A DNA stretch of 64,000 nt, from NCBI RefSeq assembly GCF_009914755.1, contig NC_060936.1. One strand, written 5' to 3'. Under the pieces are notes generated by a model. It was not told where the DNA came from and ran no database searches. It saw only the letters and a list, made by a program, of their open reading frames with translations. Shown here one piece after another: positions 1 to 24,530 of this stretch. This stretch comes from the human T2T-CHM13v2.0 reference genome, Homo sapiens. Each line of letters opens with the position of its first letter. Position 1 is the first letter of the stretch. The translations under genes and the position numbers were made by a program.

Positions 1-24
1 TGGCTATCAGTGCAGACTCCAGAG

Positions 25-452
25 TGGTGCTGTCCAATAGAAATAATATGTAAGCCTAGGAGTTACATTTAAAAAGTAAAAAGAGCTGGGTGTGGTGGCT
101 TTTGCCCATGGTCCCAGTTACTCAGGAGGCTGAGGCGGGAGAGTTGCTTGAGCCCAGGGGTTTGAGACCAGCCTGGGCAACATAGCGAGAACCCTGCCTC
201 TAAAAAAAAGAAAGGAAAACTTAACTGGTAAAATGCATTGTAATAATATATTCTTTAACCTATGACTACAATATTATCATTTTAACGTAATCAATAGTAA
301 AAAGTATCAATGAGATAGTTTACCTTCTTTCCACACAAAGCGCTAGAACCGTAGTGTGTATTGTACACTTAACAACACGTCTCAATTTGGACTAACAACG
401 TTTCTTGTGTTCAGTAACCACGTGGGGCGAGTGGTCGTGGTTGGCACAGTGT
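25..452. mobile_element. hAT-Charlie family DNA transposon (MER33-like) interrupted by a FLAM/Alu monomer at ~85-213
   Basis: gctgtccaatagaaataatatg start and ctcaatttggacta...agtaaccacgtgg end resemble the MER33/MER3 consensus. An Alu left-arm monomer with A tail lies inside. Confidence 0.6.
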
Positions 453-469
453 GGCTTTCCAGCCAGCCC

Positions 470-630
470 GCCTGGGTTTGAATCTCTGTTCTGCCACTTA
501 ACACCTGGGTGGGATAATAAGGTTAATAGAACCAACCTCATACGGTGTATGTGAAGACTAAATGAGTTAATATCTGTAAAGTGCTTAGTTCTTTCCCCGG
601 CACATAATAACCACTGTGTAAGTGTTTGTC
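470..630 (+). mobile_element. MIR SINE fragment
   Basis: gggtttgaatctctgttctgccactta ... gtgaagactaaatgagttaat ... aaagtgcttag is the MIR core. Confidence 0.7.
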
Positions 631-1599
631 AAATAAATGACCTATAAATGGTTCTTAAAAACTGTCGAAGCTGGAATTTGTAAGAGGTAGGGGGTCGATG
701 ATGTGTGTGGAAAAACCCAATCGTAGAGTGGCCCTGTGGAGTTACTGATAGTCCACGTTTGTACTGTGGTAGTTCTCCATAATGAAATGGACTTCAGATC
801 CGAAGATCCTAATCTACTCTTTGCTGTGAAGAGCACCTGCCTTCTGGAAGTGAGAAATGACAGCATCCTGATGACAAGACAGGTTCCCATCCCTCGGCAG
901 GTGCATCCTGAGCATCTGTCTGCCTGGGGCTTGAACTGTGCCGGGTGGCATGCAGGAAGCAAAAGCATCCTCGGAAATGCTCCGTCGTAAATTGCATGAC
1001 CTCATGTTGGAATGAGAGGTGGGGTCACTTCCAGCACTTGGAGGTTGAAGCAATAGTTGCTGCTTATGCAAGAGAAGAAGTAAGCTGTACCAGTGCCTCC
1101 CATACCTCCTCAGGGCACTGCCAGCCCAGCACAGCCAGCTCTCCTCTCTTGGCATCAGCTCCCTCCGACTGCACCTGCCCTCACCCAATCCACAGCAGCC
1201 ACAGCACCCACGGTGTGCCCGGCACTGTGCTAGGTGCAGCGGGAGTATGGAACGGAAGCCCTGGTTCCTGTCCTCATGGAACTTGCAGGGAAATGGACTG
1301 TGAAGCTAGCAGTAACATACTGCAAGACGAAAGAACGTGCACAAGCAGGGTCTGTGGCAGTGCCTGGTAAAGGATGATTGATTCTGTCCCAAGAGGAGGA
1401 GGCAGTTGAGCTGGCTTTGAGAGTGGGTGGGGTTCTGACAAGCGTGTATATGTGTAAGAGAGAGGGAAGCAGACAGAGAGGAAGAGAAACAGAACTATCC
1501 TTGAGAAGACAGAGAAAATGTGATTTGAGGGCTATTGTCATGAAGTGATGAGAGGAGGGGAGGTAAGTGGGTTTTGTTTTTTGCGGGTTTTATTTTTAT

Positions 1600-3560
<1,961 letters not shown>

Positions 3561-4144
3561 ATGTGATTTACAGATGTTTGGAGGAAATTAGTTTATGGAG
3601 AAAATCTTCACAAGATGATGGGAGTGAGGAACTCTGAAAGTGAGGTGAGAGTTTGGTGTCCTGAGCTGTGGCCTTTCTCACAGTGCAAGATGGGACCAGG
3701 AATGAGGAGTGGGGTACACCTAGAGAATGACATGAAAAAGAGGAGTCACGGGGCCTTCCAAGAAGCTCTGTTCCTGGCGTAGAGCATGGTTCAGAATGAG
3801 AGGCACAGGTGGGAATTTTGGTTTGCCGGGCATCCTTCCTGCCTGGCGGGCTGCACCTGGTCTGCAGCTAATGGCCTGCTGGGTCAGGCCGGGCTGGCCC
3901 CATCCAGAAAAACAAATGTTCATGTCCAGCCTGCATTTCAACCACTTCCATGGCCTTGTTTCCAAACCGGATGATCGTGCCTTCTGGAATGGGAGGCGCG
4001 GTAACTGGCAGGCCTGCAGGAGTAAGGTGCTGGGTGTGTGGCTGGTGCAAGACAGAATCAGTGGGGGTGAGTTTTCTGGGTCAGGGTGGGTCCTCTGGGA
4101 TGGTAACCTCAGCCTAGGGTCTGAGTGAAGGCTTCCAGCTATTG

Positions 4145-4456
<312 letters not shown>

Positions 4457-5329
4457 TAACAGAATGTCTGAAACATCATAATCTTCCTTCCTATCCCTGA
4501 CCAGGCAGGGTGGCTCTGGGACAGAAGACTTACATGAAAAATGACCAAGGCCAGGATGGATGCCGCCTCCCACCTCTTGTCCAAGCTCATTCTAACCCCG
4601 CCTGCTCCTATGTCCTCAGAGCCATGGCCCAGTCCAGAGGCTCGGGTCTTCATTCTTCCCCCTGGGGGTGCAGATGCTTTTCCGGAGGTGCTTAGGGCGT
4701 AGGGCTGGAGAGTAGGGCAGAGCTGGAGTCCTACTTTCCCGGAGCTCCTAGTGCCCCACTGCCTCCAGGATGTCCTGTGGCTCCCTGAGGCTCTGGGTCC
4801 TGGAAGGCATTCCCCGGTGTGGAGACTCCCTCTTCTGCCTGGCTCCTCCTTCTCCCAGGGCAGGGCGTGCACCGAGGCCCCACCCCAGATGCCCGTGCTG
4901 CTTGGACACCTGGTTTGGGCTGACCCCCGGGTTCTGACAGGGTGGGATCCTCCTGCCTGACTTTGAGAGCAGCTGATTGAGGGCAAACCCACCCCCGAGG
5001 CTGAGGAAACAAGTGTGCTGGCTTTGACGGAATTCCAGGGCAAGTGCTTCTGTTAGTCACTCCCGGGCTAAATCTATTAATATTTTCAGATCTGCATTTT
5101 CCTAGGACACGCCTCCTTAAAGTGAAGCCAATTGGTTTGGTTGAGTACTTTTGCCTCTCAAGTACTGTATTTTCATAATTTTTGCTTTTTGCTTTATTTC
5201 ACTTTTAAAATTTTGTATTTATTTATTTTTTAGTATCCCTGTCATGGCAACTTTTGCTTTATTCTAGAACCCTGAAGAAAGGCGCCGAGGAGAAAAAGTC
5301 TCTCAACCCTTAAAAAAAAAAAAAAAAAA

Positions 5330-6460
<1,131 letters not shown>

Positions 6461-6817
6461 TAGTATTACACCCTGCCCCACCCCCCAACCTTTTGTTTTT
6501 GCAAATGGAGGCACTGAGGCCCAGAGAGGGGAAGTGACTGGCTCAAGAGGCACCACGAACCTGTGGCAAAGCTGCGCTTGGAGGCTAATTTGCCTTCCTC
6601 TGGGTACCTGTTTCCAGGGGCCTCTGGGCCGGGCGCTGTTCTGGAACTACACCTGTATCATCACAGCTTTGTCCAGAGGCTGAGGGGAGGCCAGGGGGCA
6701 AGGCCTCTGTTCACCACTTGCCTTGACCCACTTCCTGCATGTGTTGGGTGGGGCCTGCATATACCCACGCCCCTGACGCGGAAGGGGTTGGGGGTGGGGT
6801 TCCCAGCTTCCACCTCC

Positions 6818-6885
6818 CTGAGAGCTGAGGAGATGGGATGCTGGGTCCAGGCTGAGAGCTGAGGAGATGGGATGCTGGGTCCAGG
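6818..6885 (+). repeat. Perfect 34-bp tandem duplication
   Basis: ctgagagctgaggagatgggatgctgggtccagg occurs twice (6818-6851 and 6852-6885). Confidence 0.95.
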
Positions 6886-7416
6886 CAAGTACTCGCCACC
6901 CCATTGCCGCCCGGGCCTGGGGGCTGGGTGGGAAGAGACTGCTTGGGTTGGGCCTGGGCTGGGGCCTGCAGCATTTAGGAATCTTATCTCCCTCTGTTGC
7001 TCTCTGAGCTGCCCCTCCCACTGGAGACTCCTCCCAGCTGGCCTGCATCCCAGGCCATCTCCATTTACTTAATTTACCTCCCCTCTTGCTAGCCTGCAGG
7101 CCTCCTGCTCCTTCCTCTCTGTCCCGCCCTCCATCATCCCTCCTGATGACTACAGGGCAATGACCGTGAATCACGTGCAAGGAGCCCCTTTTTGGGCCAG
7201 GCTCTGTGCTCCTGTCTCATGGACATGATGGAATTCAATCCTCACAGCCGTTATTTGGGGAGATTGAGATTGCACTGGTGCCTCTTCAGTGGTTGGGAGG
7301 ACACTGAGGATTAGAGTAGCTTGCTCAGGACTCCCAGGTCCCTGTGAGGCTGGGCCAGGATCTGAGCTCAGGCGTCTTGAGTCCAGAGCCCAAACGCTAA
7401 ATCTCTGCCCCAGGCG

Positions 7417-7493
7417 TCTCTCTCTCTCTTTCTCTTTCTCCCCTTCCTGCTCTCTCTCCCTTTCCCCCTTCCCTTCTTTTTCCTCTCTCTTTT
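7417..7493 (+). repeat. CT-rich polypyrimidine tract
   Basis: About 75 nt of almost pure C/T. Confidence 0.85.
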
Positions 7494-8329
7494 GACCAGG
7501 CATTGCTCAAGGGGTCCAGCTCTCTGACTTTTGTTCCAACATCTCCTTAGCCTGGGAAGGATTGTGGGGCCTCCCCCCCTCTCACCTGCTCCCCGTTCCC
7601 CATCCTGTCCTGAAGCCAGGTGTGATGAAGGCCTCACACCAAAGGATGGCCGGGAAGGTGCTGCCGTGCATTGCCTTGCAGGGGCTTTACTTGCTTTTCT
7701 CAATCCTCAGTGGCTCTGCAGGCAGGAATGCTCATCCCCATTTGACAGGTGATGAAACAGAAGCTTTGGGGAGGTTCAGTAAGTTGCTGAACAGCTGTGC
7801 AACGTAGCTGGTGAGAGGCAGGTTTCACTCAGGTCATAGGACTCTGAGGCGTCTTTAACATGTCCCGGACTTCACGTGGCCTTTCCCGAGAACTTGTTGC
7901 ATTTCAGGAGAGGAAGGGGCACTGCTCAGCAAGAGGAAGGCACTCCAGTGGTGGGAGCTCAGGCCCCGGGACACCTAGGTTTTCTTGGTCTTGTTTTCTG
8001 AGAAGGGCCCTTTTTTGGCCTCCGGCAGGCCCTGGCCCTTCCGAAATCACAATGGGATCTGTTTGTTTCTAACTGAGTACACAGCCTGGCCCGGCCCAGC
8101 CCAACCAAATCCATTTCTCTGCTGGGTTCTTTCCTTCTCCACCAATCCCTTTCCTTCCATCCCTCGGGACTCACCTGCCTGTGACCTGGGGACTCTCCTG
8201 TCCTTCTCTTTTCTTTTCCAGCTGTAACCAGGCCCTTTCCTTTGCTCCTGTATTTCGGGCCCAGGTCCCCTGCAGACCCTCTTTTCCTTCTCTGCCCTCT
8301 TCTTTTTGTCTTCTATCTCCTGGTGCGCT

Positions 8330-9450
8330 TTAAACAATTTTTTTGGTGAAATATATGTAACATAAAATTTGCCATTTGAACTCCAAGTGTGCAGTTTGGT
8401 GGCATTAAGGACATTCACAATTGTGCTGCAGTCTCCTGCTTCCATCTCCAGAACTTTTTCATCTTCCGAAACTGAAACGCTGTACCCGTTAAACAGTAAG
8501 TGCCTGTTTTTTTTTTGTCTTTTTGTTTTTTTTTGTTTTGTTTTGTTTTGAGAGGGAGTCTCACTTTACTCACTTTATTGCCCAGGCTGGAGTGCAGTGG
8601 TGCGATCTTGGCTCGCTGCCTCCGGGGTTCAAGTGATTTTTGTGCCTCAGCCTCCTAAGTAGCTGGGACTATAGGCCTGCGCCACCGCCCCTGGCTAATT
8701 TTTGTATTTTTTAGTAGAGACAGGTTTCACCATGTTGGCCAGGCTGGTCTCGAACTCCTGACCTCAGGTGATCCACCTGCCTCGGCCTCCCAGAGTGCTG
8801 GGATTACGGGTGTGAACCACTGCGCCTGACAATGACTGTTAATGTTATGAATGAAACTCCCCATTCCCCCATCCCCAACCCCTGATAGTCTCTCTTCGGC
8901 TGTCTCTATGGATTTGCATATTCTCAGTACTTCATGGAAGTGAAATAACATGAGATTTGTCCTTTCATGACTGGCTTGTTTCACTTAGTGCAATGTCCTT
9001 AAGGTTCATCCATGTTGTAGCCTATGTCAGAATTTCATGCCTTTTTTGTTTGTTTGTTTTGGAGATGGAGTCTCACTCTGTTGCCCAGGCTGGAGTGCAG
9101 TAGTGTGATCTCAGCTCACTGCAACCTCCGCCTCCCTGGTTCAAGCGATTCTTGTGCCTCAACCTCCTGAGTAGCTGGGATTACAGGCACCTGCCACCAT
9201 GCCCGGCTAATTTTTGTATTTTTAGTAGAGACAGGGTTTCACATTGTTGGCCAGGCTGGTCTCGAGCTCCCGACCTCAGGTGATCTGCCTGCCTCGGCCT
9301 CCCAAAGTGCTGGGATTACAGGCGTGAGCCACCGCGCCCGGTCTCATTCCTTTTTAAGGTCGAATCATCCTCCATTACCTGGATGCACCACATTTTGTTT
9401 ATCCATTCCTCTATTGATGGACATTTGGGCTGCTTCCCCTTTTGACTATC
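8330..9450 (-). mobile_element. L1MB-like 3' fragment with two antisense Alus (~8505-8830, ~9042-9343)
   Basis: ggcattaaggacattcacaattgtg, gttcatccatgttgtagc and gtttatccattc...gatggacatttggg are L1M 3' motifs. Confidence 0.75.
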
Positions 9451-9459
9451 CTGGTGCCT

Positions 9460-9808
9460 TTTGACATTCTGTGCTCAGGAACAGCAGACAGCACTTCCGC
9501 ACTATGCTTGGGACCACTTGAGGCAGCAAAAGCACCTGCAAAAGTGCAGAAGTCACAGCACTAAATAGACCCAGAACAAGACACCTGCAGGAGAGCTGAC
9601 CCAGGTAGACGAAGTGCGGCGTTGCCGACCTCAGCTGGGAGCGTGCGCGTCAGGCAGTGAGAATTTGTGGCTGCTCAGTGCACGCATGTGTCCACAAATG
9701 ACTGTGAAGATACTGGGAATAGTGATTTGGGGGTTAGAAATTTTAGCAAGTTGGCAAACTTGCAAGTACAAAATCTGTGACTATTCTGTGATTAATGAGG
9801 ATTGACTG
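9460..9808 (-). mobile_element. MER44/Tigger7-family DNA transposon fragment
   Basis: Ends in aatgaggattgactg followed by TA. The reverse complement matches the Tigger7/MER44 5' end, including gcgcacgctcccagctgaggtc and cccaagcatagtgc. Confidence 0.65.
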
Positions 9809-10535
9809 TACTTGCATCTTCATAGATGACTCTCCCTCCTTCCCTCCTGAGATGACAGCATTAATCCATTCAGCAAGGCCCAATCACATCTTAAAGGCTC
9901 CATCTCCCAACATTCTTGTGTTGGGGATTAAGTTTTTAACCCACGAACTTTGAGGGGCACGTTCATACCAGAGCAGCGCCCAATGCCTGTCATATAGTAC
10001 ATGCCCAGTGAACAGTGAGTGAATGAAGGGCACAAGGACTGAAGTACCTGTGCTGAGTTGTTAGGCATGAGAATCAGCAGGGAGAGATCTTTCTGGCAGG
10101 GGAGCCTGTTCCTCTCCTCCCTGGGAAGAAGCCCTCTCCTGTGCTCACTGAGAGGCATCCAGTGATGGTCATGGAGGTTGGAATTGTGTGGCAGAAAAGT
10201 GCAGGCCTGAGATGTAGTTCTAGTCCCAGTTTTAACAGGTTTTGTGGTCTTTGGCAAGTCACTTCACCTCTCAGGGCCTTAGTCTCCTCACTTATACATT
10301 GGAGGGCAGTTTTCTCCCCCGAGATTCTTTCCACACAAACCCTGGGAACCCTGCCTCTCTCCGCTGGGACCTTCACTGGAGGCCGTAGGAACAGTGGGGT
10401 CCATGCAACGAAAGAGACCAAGAGGTCTTCGTGTCTGCAGAGATGAACTTCTCTAGCTCCCTTAGCCTGCCAATCCAGGCTACCCCTCCCTCCAACTCTG
10501 CACATCTAACTTGCATCCCTCATGCTGCAGAGTCA

Positions 10536-11005
<470 letters not shown>

Positions 11006-13899
11006 GCAGCATCATGATGGGCAGGAGGCAGCTTGCAGTGGGGAAGGGCTTCAGAGCTGCAGTCTGAGCCTTGTCTCTTACTGGCTTTGGGCTGGGACAC
11101 AGCACTTCACCTTAGGAGCCTCAGCATCTTCACCTGCCAAATGGGGCAGTGCAGCTACCTCAAGGGGATGGGGGCAGGATTGGAGGAAGATGTAGTCAAG
11201 TGCTTTGCCCAGTGCCTGATGCAGAGTGGGCATTTGAAACTGGCACCTCCTAGTGTTAAAGTAGTAAAACGTGTGTCCCTCAGTGTCCAGGGCACCTCTT
11301 TGACACTCAGCCCTCCCACAAGTGCTGGGCTGCCTGTATCCGTCCTGCAGGGTCGCCTGCCCAGTGCACAGGGGCTTGCACTGTGTGAGGAGGCAGCACA
11401 GCTCACCCGGCACTACCTGCAGGATAGGTTCTTCTTTCCCGCCCAGGTCCCCTGGCCTCCTCCCTTTGTCTTCCAGCTCCTGAGTTTCCAAGCTTAGTTA
11501 GCGTGGAAGACAGCAGACAACTGACTGGCCAGAGTAGCACAGCACATTCAGGCAATCAGTGTAGCAGCTCAGGGGCCTCTGGGAACTGGGGCTCAGGGAA
11601 CCCTTCAGGGTAGAGGGGGCCTCTCACTGCACCCGCTTGTGCCCTGTACCTACCTCCACCCAAGCCTCTGACACTCCATAGCACTTACCTGTTTGCATGT
11701 CTGTCTAGTCTCCCATCCCCATCTGAAGTCTGAGCCCCATGAAGGTCTGGACCCTTTTCTCTAGAGTTTAGTCCAAGAACAGGTACTTCAAGTAAAGAGT
11801 TAGTTGATGGACTGTTGGCAGGAATTAAATTAGTACTGAGGCCCACCCTAAGCAGGGAAGCAGTATGAACAGACTTGGGGCTCAGGAGATGGTGAGAAGC
11901 CCAGGGGTGCTGGAGGGTAGTGGGGATGCACCTGGAAGAAGGCTGGGGTCTGCTGCTCCTCTTTCACCTGTCTCATTTTAAGAGATGATTTCTCTTAAAA
12001 TGAAGAGACTTCTCCATTTCTTATTTTGAGAGATGAAGCCCAGTGACCCCCAAAATCAGGGTGTTTTCTTCTGAATTCTCTGTCTCAGCTCTAGAGGCTG
12101 GAGGAGTTGTGAGGGGCTTAGGGATCACAGTGGCTGCAGAAGGCTCTGAAAGGAGGGCTCTGGGAGCGTGAGATGGATCGGACTAGGGAGAGGACGTCAG
12201 GTTGGCCTGGGGTCTGGTTCTGCCTTTTCTCGGGGCAGGTCCTTTGCCCTCCCTGAGGCTTGGCCTCTCCATTTGGAACTTAGCATCCTGATTCCCTTCC
12301 TGTCCTGAAAGTGTTTTTGGAGGAGCTTACTGTTCTGAGTATTAGGGAGATCTTAATAAAAGCCCATACATTCCTGATCCTTCTGGAAATTCCTGAGTAA
12401 TTAGCACCTGTGGGCCCTAGGATGGAGCAACCTGCTGTCTTCTGGGGTTGCCCTGGGGGCTACCCTGTAGCTTTTGGTTGGGGCTGAGGCAGAGTAGAGG
12501 CTCCTGGGCTGGGCCCTGAGAACCAAGTCTGGGATTATTTTTACTCTTCTGTTCACAGCGCATGGCCCAGCTCCACGATGCCATCTGTCCCCCGCCTCCA
12601 GCTCTCCCCTGGCAGGCCCTCCTGGGTCACTGTGGTGCACTTGGGGAAGGAGGAGGAGGCTGGTGCTGGCTTACCCCATTCCATGAGCCGCAGGGCAGGG
12701 CGGTGCGTGGGAGTTTTGCCTGGTGGCAGGAGGCAGCTGCCAGCCCCGGGATGTGGGCCGCGGGCAGATAGGAGAAGCTCGCCAGTGACGGCTGTGAACC
12801 TGGAGCACCAGGGACACGTGGGGCTGGGAGCAACCCCATTTCGGTAACAAACCCTGTGGCCCAGGGCCTTGGATGACCTGCTGCCCTGCTTTTCCTGGGA
12901 CAGACCCAATCCTAGGGACATGGAGTGCAGGTCCTCAGAAAACCCCACTCGTGGGGCAGGGTCTGGCATTAGGAGTCTTTGGTTCTCCCCAGGTGTGTGT
13001 TCTGCTGGGCTGCCCTAGGCCCAACTTCTGCAGGGACTGATGGTGCTCACTTCACCAGGCCAGTCCAGCTCAGCTTGGGTGAAGGAAGGGGAATTCTGAG
13101 GAGGAGCAGGGCCCAGAGACCATAGAAGGGGTCAGGTGGGGTAAGGGAGGTGGCGGCCCTCCTTTCCGTCTCCTGACATCCTGGCCTCCACCGCACCCTC
13201 CACCTGACTCAGGGCATCCATCTGTACTTAGTGTCAGGTCCAGAAGAAAATCTAGGCTACAACCAGGACTTAAGAGGCCTCAGGTATTAAAATGATTAAT
13301 TAATTAAGTATTAATATTAGGCATTAGGGCTTCAGACTTTCTACTTGGCATTGTTTATGGCTTAGTAACAATGAAGACAATAAGAAATAGCTCTTATGAG
13401 CACTGACTGTGTCAGGCCCTACGCTAGATGACATCTCACTATGTCATCTCTCCTGCGGGACAGCCTTCCGGGATGGATCAGTTCCCCAGCCTTCTGAGCA
13501 GAGCCACACATGAAAGTCTGCAAGGTACTTCTAGAGGCCACTGGAGACTTCTGGGATCTGGGGAGGGAGTGTGAACCACAGATACTGCTAGCACAGAAAG
13601 GACCCTGGATCCCAAGGAGGGCATCCTTCTTGTTTTACAGATAAGCAAAATGAGGCCCAGAAAAATGAGAGGTGGTTTGTCTGTGGTTGTGTAGTTGGTG
13701 GTAGAACTGGAACCAAAGCCAGGCTCTTGCTTCCCATACATCACACTTCCATTCTACAAGCCTCCAAAATAAGCCCCAAAGGGATTTATGCACAATTCAA
13801 GCTCTTTTTCTGGTATGCCAAAATCCAGACATTTCCTGAGGTTTCTTTTGTTTCCCAAAACTAAGCACAGAGCAATCTGTTCTCCCCACAGAGAAATCA

Positions 13900-14630
13900 T
13901 TATTCCACAATAACACTTAACAAATATCCCTTCGTTTGTTCATTCTGTGTTCATCAGCTCTGTGCAGCGTGCTGAGGACTTACAGAGGAAGACAGCTGTC
14001 CCTGTCCCCATGGTGTCTAAAGTGTGGTGGAGACCAGTCCTTACTGGGAGATGGGGGCTGGATATGGAAATGCAGGAATCTGCTAAGGTTGGAGTCATCT
14101 TCCCAGAGGGAGTGACATATGGCTGGACCTTAAGGCTGAGCAAGAGTTGGTCCGGTGAACAAGGAATGGAAGGGAAGTTTCAGGTAGCAGCACCTCCACC
14201 AGGAGTGGAGAAAGAGCCTAGCATGTTGGGGGGTGATTTGGATGGCTGAGTTTGGGGCTTGGAGGTGGGTTCAAAGAAGGAAGTACAGAGGGTGGTGCCT
14301 GTGTGCGGAAGGTATGGCCGGAGAGCAGGGATCAGCAGATGGAAGCGCTAGAAAATCCCATCATGGAGTGTGTAGTGTTATCTTAAGAACAAAGAAAAGG
14401 CATTGAAAATTTTTAGGTAGCAGAATCATGTGATCAGGTTTGCATTTTAGAAAAATCACTGGCTGGGGTGAAGAGATTATGGAGCCTGAATGGGGTTGCA
14501 CCAGGTCATCCAGATGTGCATCGCTGGAAGCTTGGATTAGGGCTGTGAGATAGAGTAGATTCAGGAGACGTGTAGGCGACAGAAAGACAGGATGTGGTCA
14601 TTAGTTAGATGTGGGAGATATTAATAAGAG
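13900..14630. mobile_element. L2 fragment (continues at ~17110-17480 after the Tigger3 insertion)
   Basis: gtgatcaggtttgcattttagaaaaatcactggctg and ttttgggcatgttgagtttgagg are typical L2 segments. Confidence 0.6.
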
Positions 14631-14643
14631 GGAAAAGTCAAAA

Positions 14644-17105
<2,462 letters not shown>

Positions 17106-17478
17106 CGTTCCTAGCTTTCTGGTCTCTGTGTGGATAGTGAGTGGTTCATTTCCTGAGAGAGAGCCGAGGAGGTGGAACAGGATATGGGGACAAGCTGAAC
17201 ACTTGGTTTTGGGCATGTTGAGTTTGAGGAGCTCTGGAGATTGATTAGAGATGCCTGGTAGGCAGTTTCTGTGAGGACCTTCACCTCAGGAAAGATACAC
17301 AGATTTGGGGATTAAACCAATAGAGTGGGAATGCAAGCCTTGGGTGGGGATCCCCCAAGGAGTCTGTTTAGGGTTTAAAAAGAAGAGGTCAGGTCAGAAC
17401 CCAGGGACACATCTTTATAGAATGAGTCTGGTGAAATATGGAGCCCAGGGAATATGGAGAAAGGAAGCCTGGAGCTGA

Positions 17479-17842
<364 letters not shown>

Positions 17843-17904
17843 TGGAATCAGCTTGTTAAGCTTTGTGGAAAACTGTGTGGAATTTTTTAAAATCACAATT
17901 TCAG

Positions 17905-21800
<3,896 letters not shown>

Positions 21801-22137
21801 TTTGTTTTGGAAGTATGGAAAAATGTTTTCATGTTCAGGATAGAATCAAGACCAGAATTTCTGATGAGAATAAGCTAGTTTATTCCCAAAAAAGCGACTC
21901 TGCCCCCAAACTCTCATGAAAACTTACTTTAACAGCCACAGAGACAACAGGCAACACTTGTTACACTAAAAAGGCCAGTGACTCTGAAGGGCTGAGAACA
22001 AGACCTTGACCTGCACCTTGGCCTCACTGCGCGACCTTGGGCTTGTCCTTAGGCCTCTGGGCCTCAGTGCCCTTTTCAGCAAGCTGAAGGAGCTGCTTAG
22101 GTTTCCTGTGGTGGGGGTTGGGGGGGGCGGTTCCTGC

Positions 22138-22441
22138 TTTTTTTTTTTTTTTTTTTTTTGAGGCGGAGTCTCGCTCTGTCGCCCAGGCTGGAATGTAGTG
22201 GCACCATCTTGGCCCACTGCAACCTCTGCCTCCCGGGTTCAAGTGATTCTCTGGCCTCAGCCTCCTGAGTAGCTGGGATTACAGGCACCCGCCACCATGC
22301 CCGGCTAATTTTTTTATTTTTAGTAGAGGCGGGGTTTCGCCATGTTGGCCAGGGTGGTCTCGAACTCCTGACCTCAGGGGATCCACCCGCCTCGGCCTCC
22401 CAAAGTGCTGGGATTACAGGTGTGAGCCACTGCGCCCGGCT
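22138..22441 (-). mobile_element. AluS
   Basis: Full length, with TSD ggttcctgcttt on both sides. Confidence 0.92.
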
Positions 22442-23219
22442 GGTTCCTGCTTTACGTGTCAGTGGCTCTAACCTCTTTCCCACTGCATGTCTGTGCCAGC
22501 TGCTTTGCCAAGCTCCTTTTGACCTCTCCTCCTGGGATGTGCCTCCCACACTTAGCCCCTCCCTCCCCTCGATCCTCACCCCCTCCCTCACAGTGCCTCT
22601 CTGTGAAGGAAATTGTCCTTCTCACAGGCCATGGGTGGGAGATGAGGGGTTTGAGGGTATGGAGGGCAATGATAAGCGAGGAATGCTCTGGGAGGTCCCA
22701 CTTCAGAGGATCCGAGGTGGAAGTGGTCGAACTCAGGGGTTTAGACCCCCAGCCTGGGTTTGGGCTGCTGGACTGCATTGCTCCTCAAGGCTAGTGGGGG
22801 AGAAGGGACGGGCAATGTGTGTGACGCGGTGAGGTCCTCCTTTACAAGTGGACTCGGTGGCTGGGATGGGGAGAAGTTGGGGGCTCTGCGAGGGCTGTGG
22901 GAGGTACGTGGTTCCCAGCTGGTACTCATAACCCAAAAACTGCCTTAAGATTACTGGTATGTCCTGCTCCTTCACAAACCCCTGAGAACTATGTTTGGAA
23001 GCTTACAGCTTGGATGGTTGGAGCCAAGAGGTCACTGGATTTGTCTCATGTTAGGGGAAGGTGGGGTTGTGACCATGAGCCTCCAGAGGCACCAGAAAGT
23101 CAATCCTGCCGTTGCTCCAGTGTGTGAGGAGCTGCCAAGACTGTTTCTTTCAGAAAGAGCCTGAGTTGGGAAGGGAACAGGAGAATAGTGACCTACATTA
23201 TATTGTATATGCGTTTTTA

Positions 23220-24530
<1,311 letters not shown>

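Noticed and set aside
695-752. ATGATG...CTGA resembling a C/D-box snoRNA
   Set aside because: The C box is imperfect, the span is too short and there is no terminal stem.
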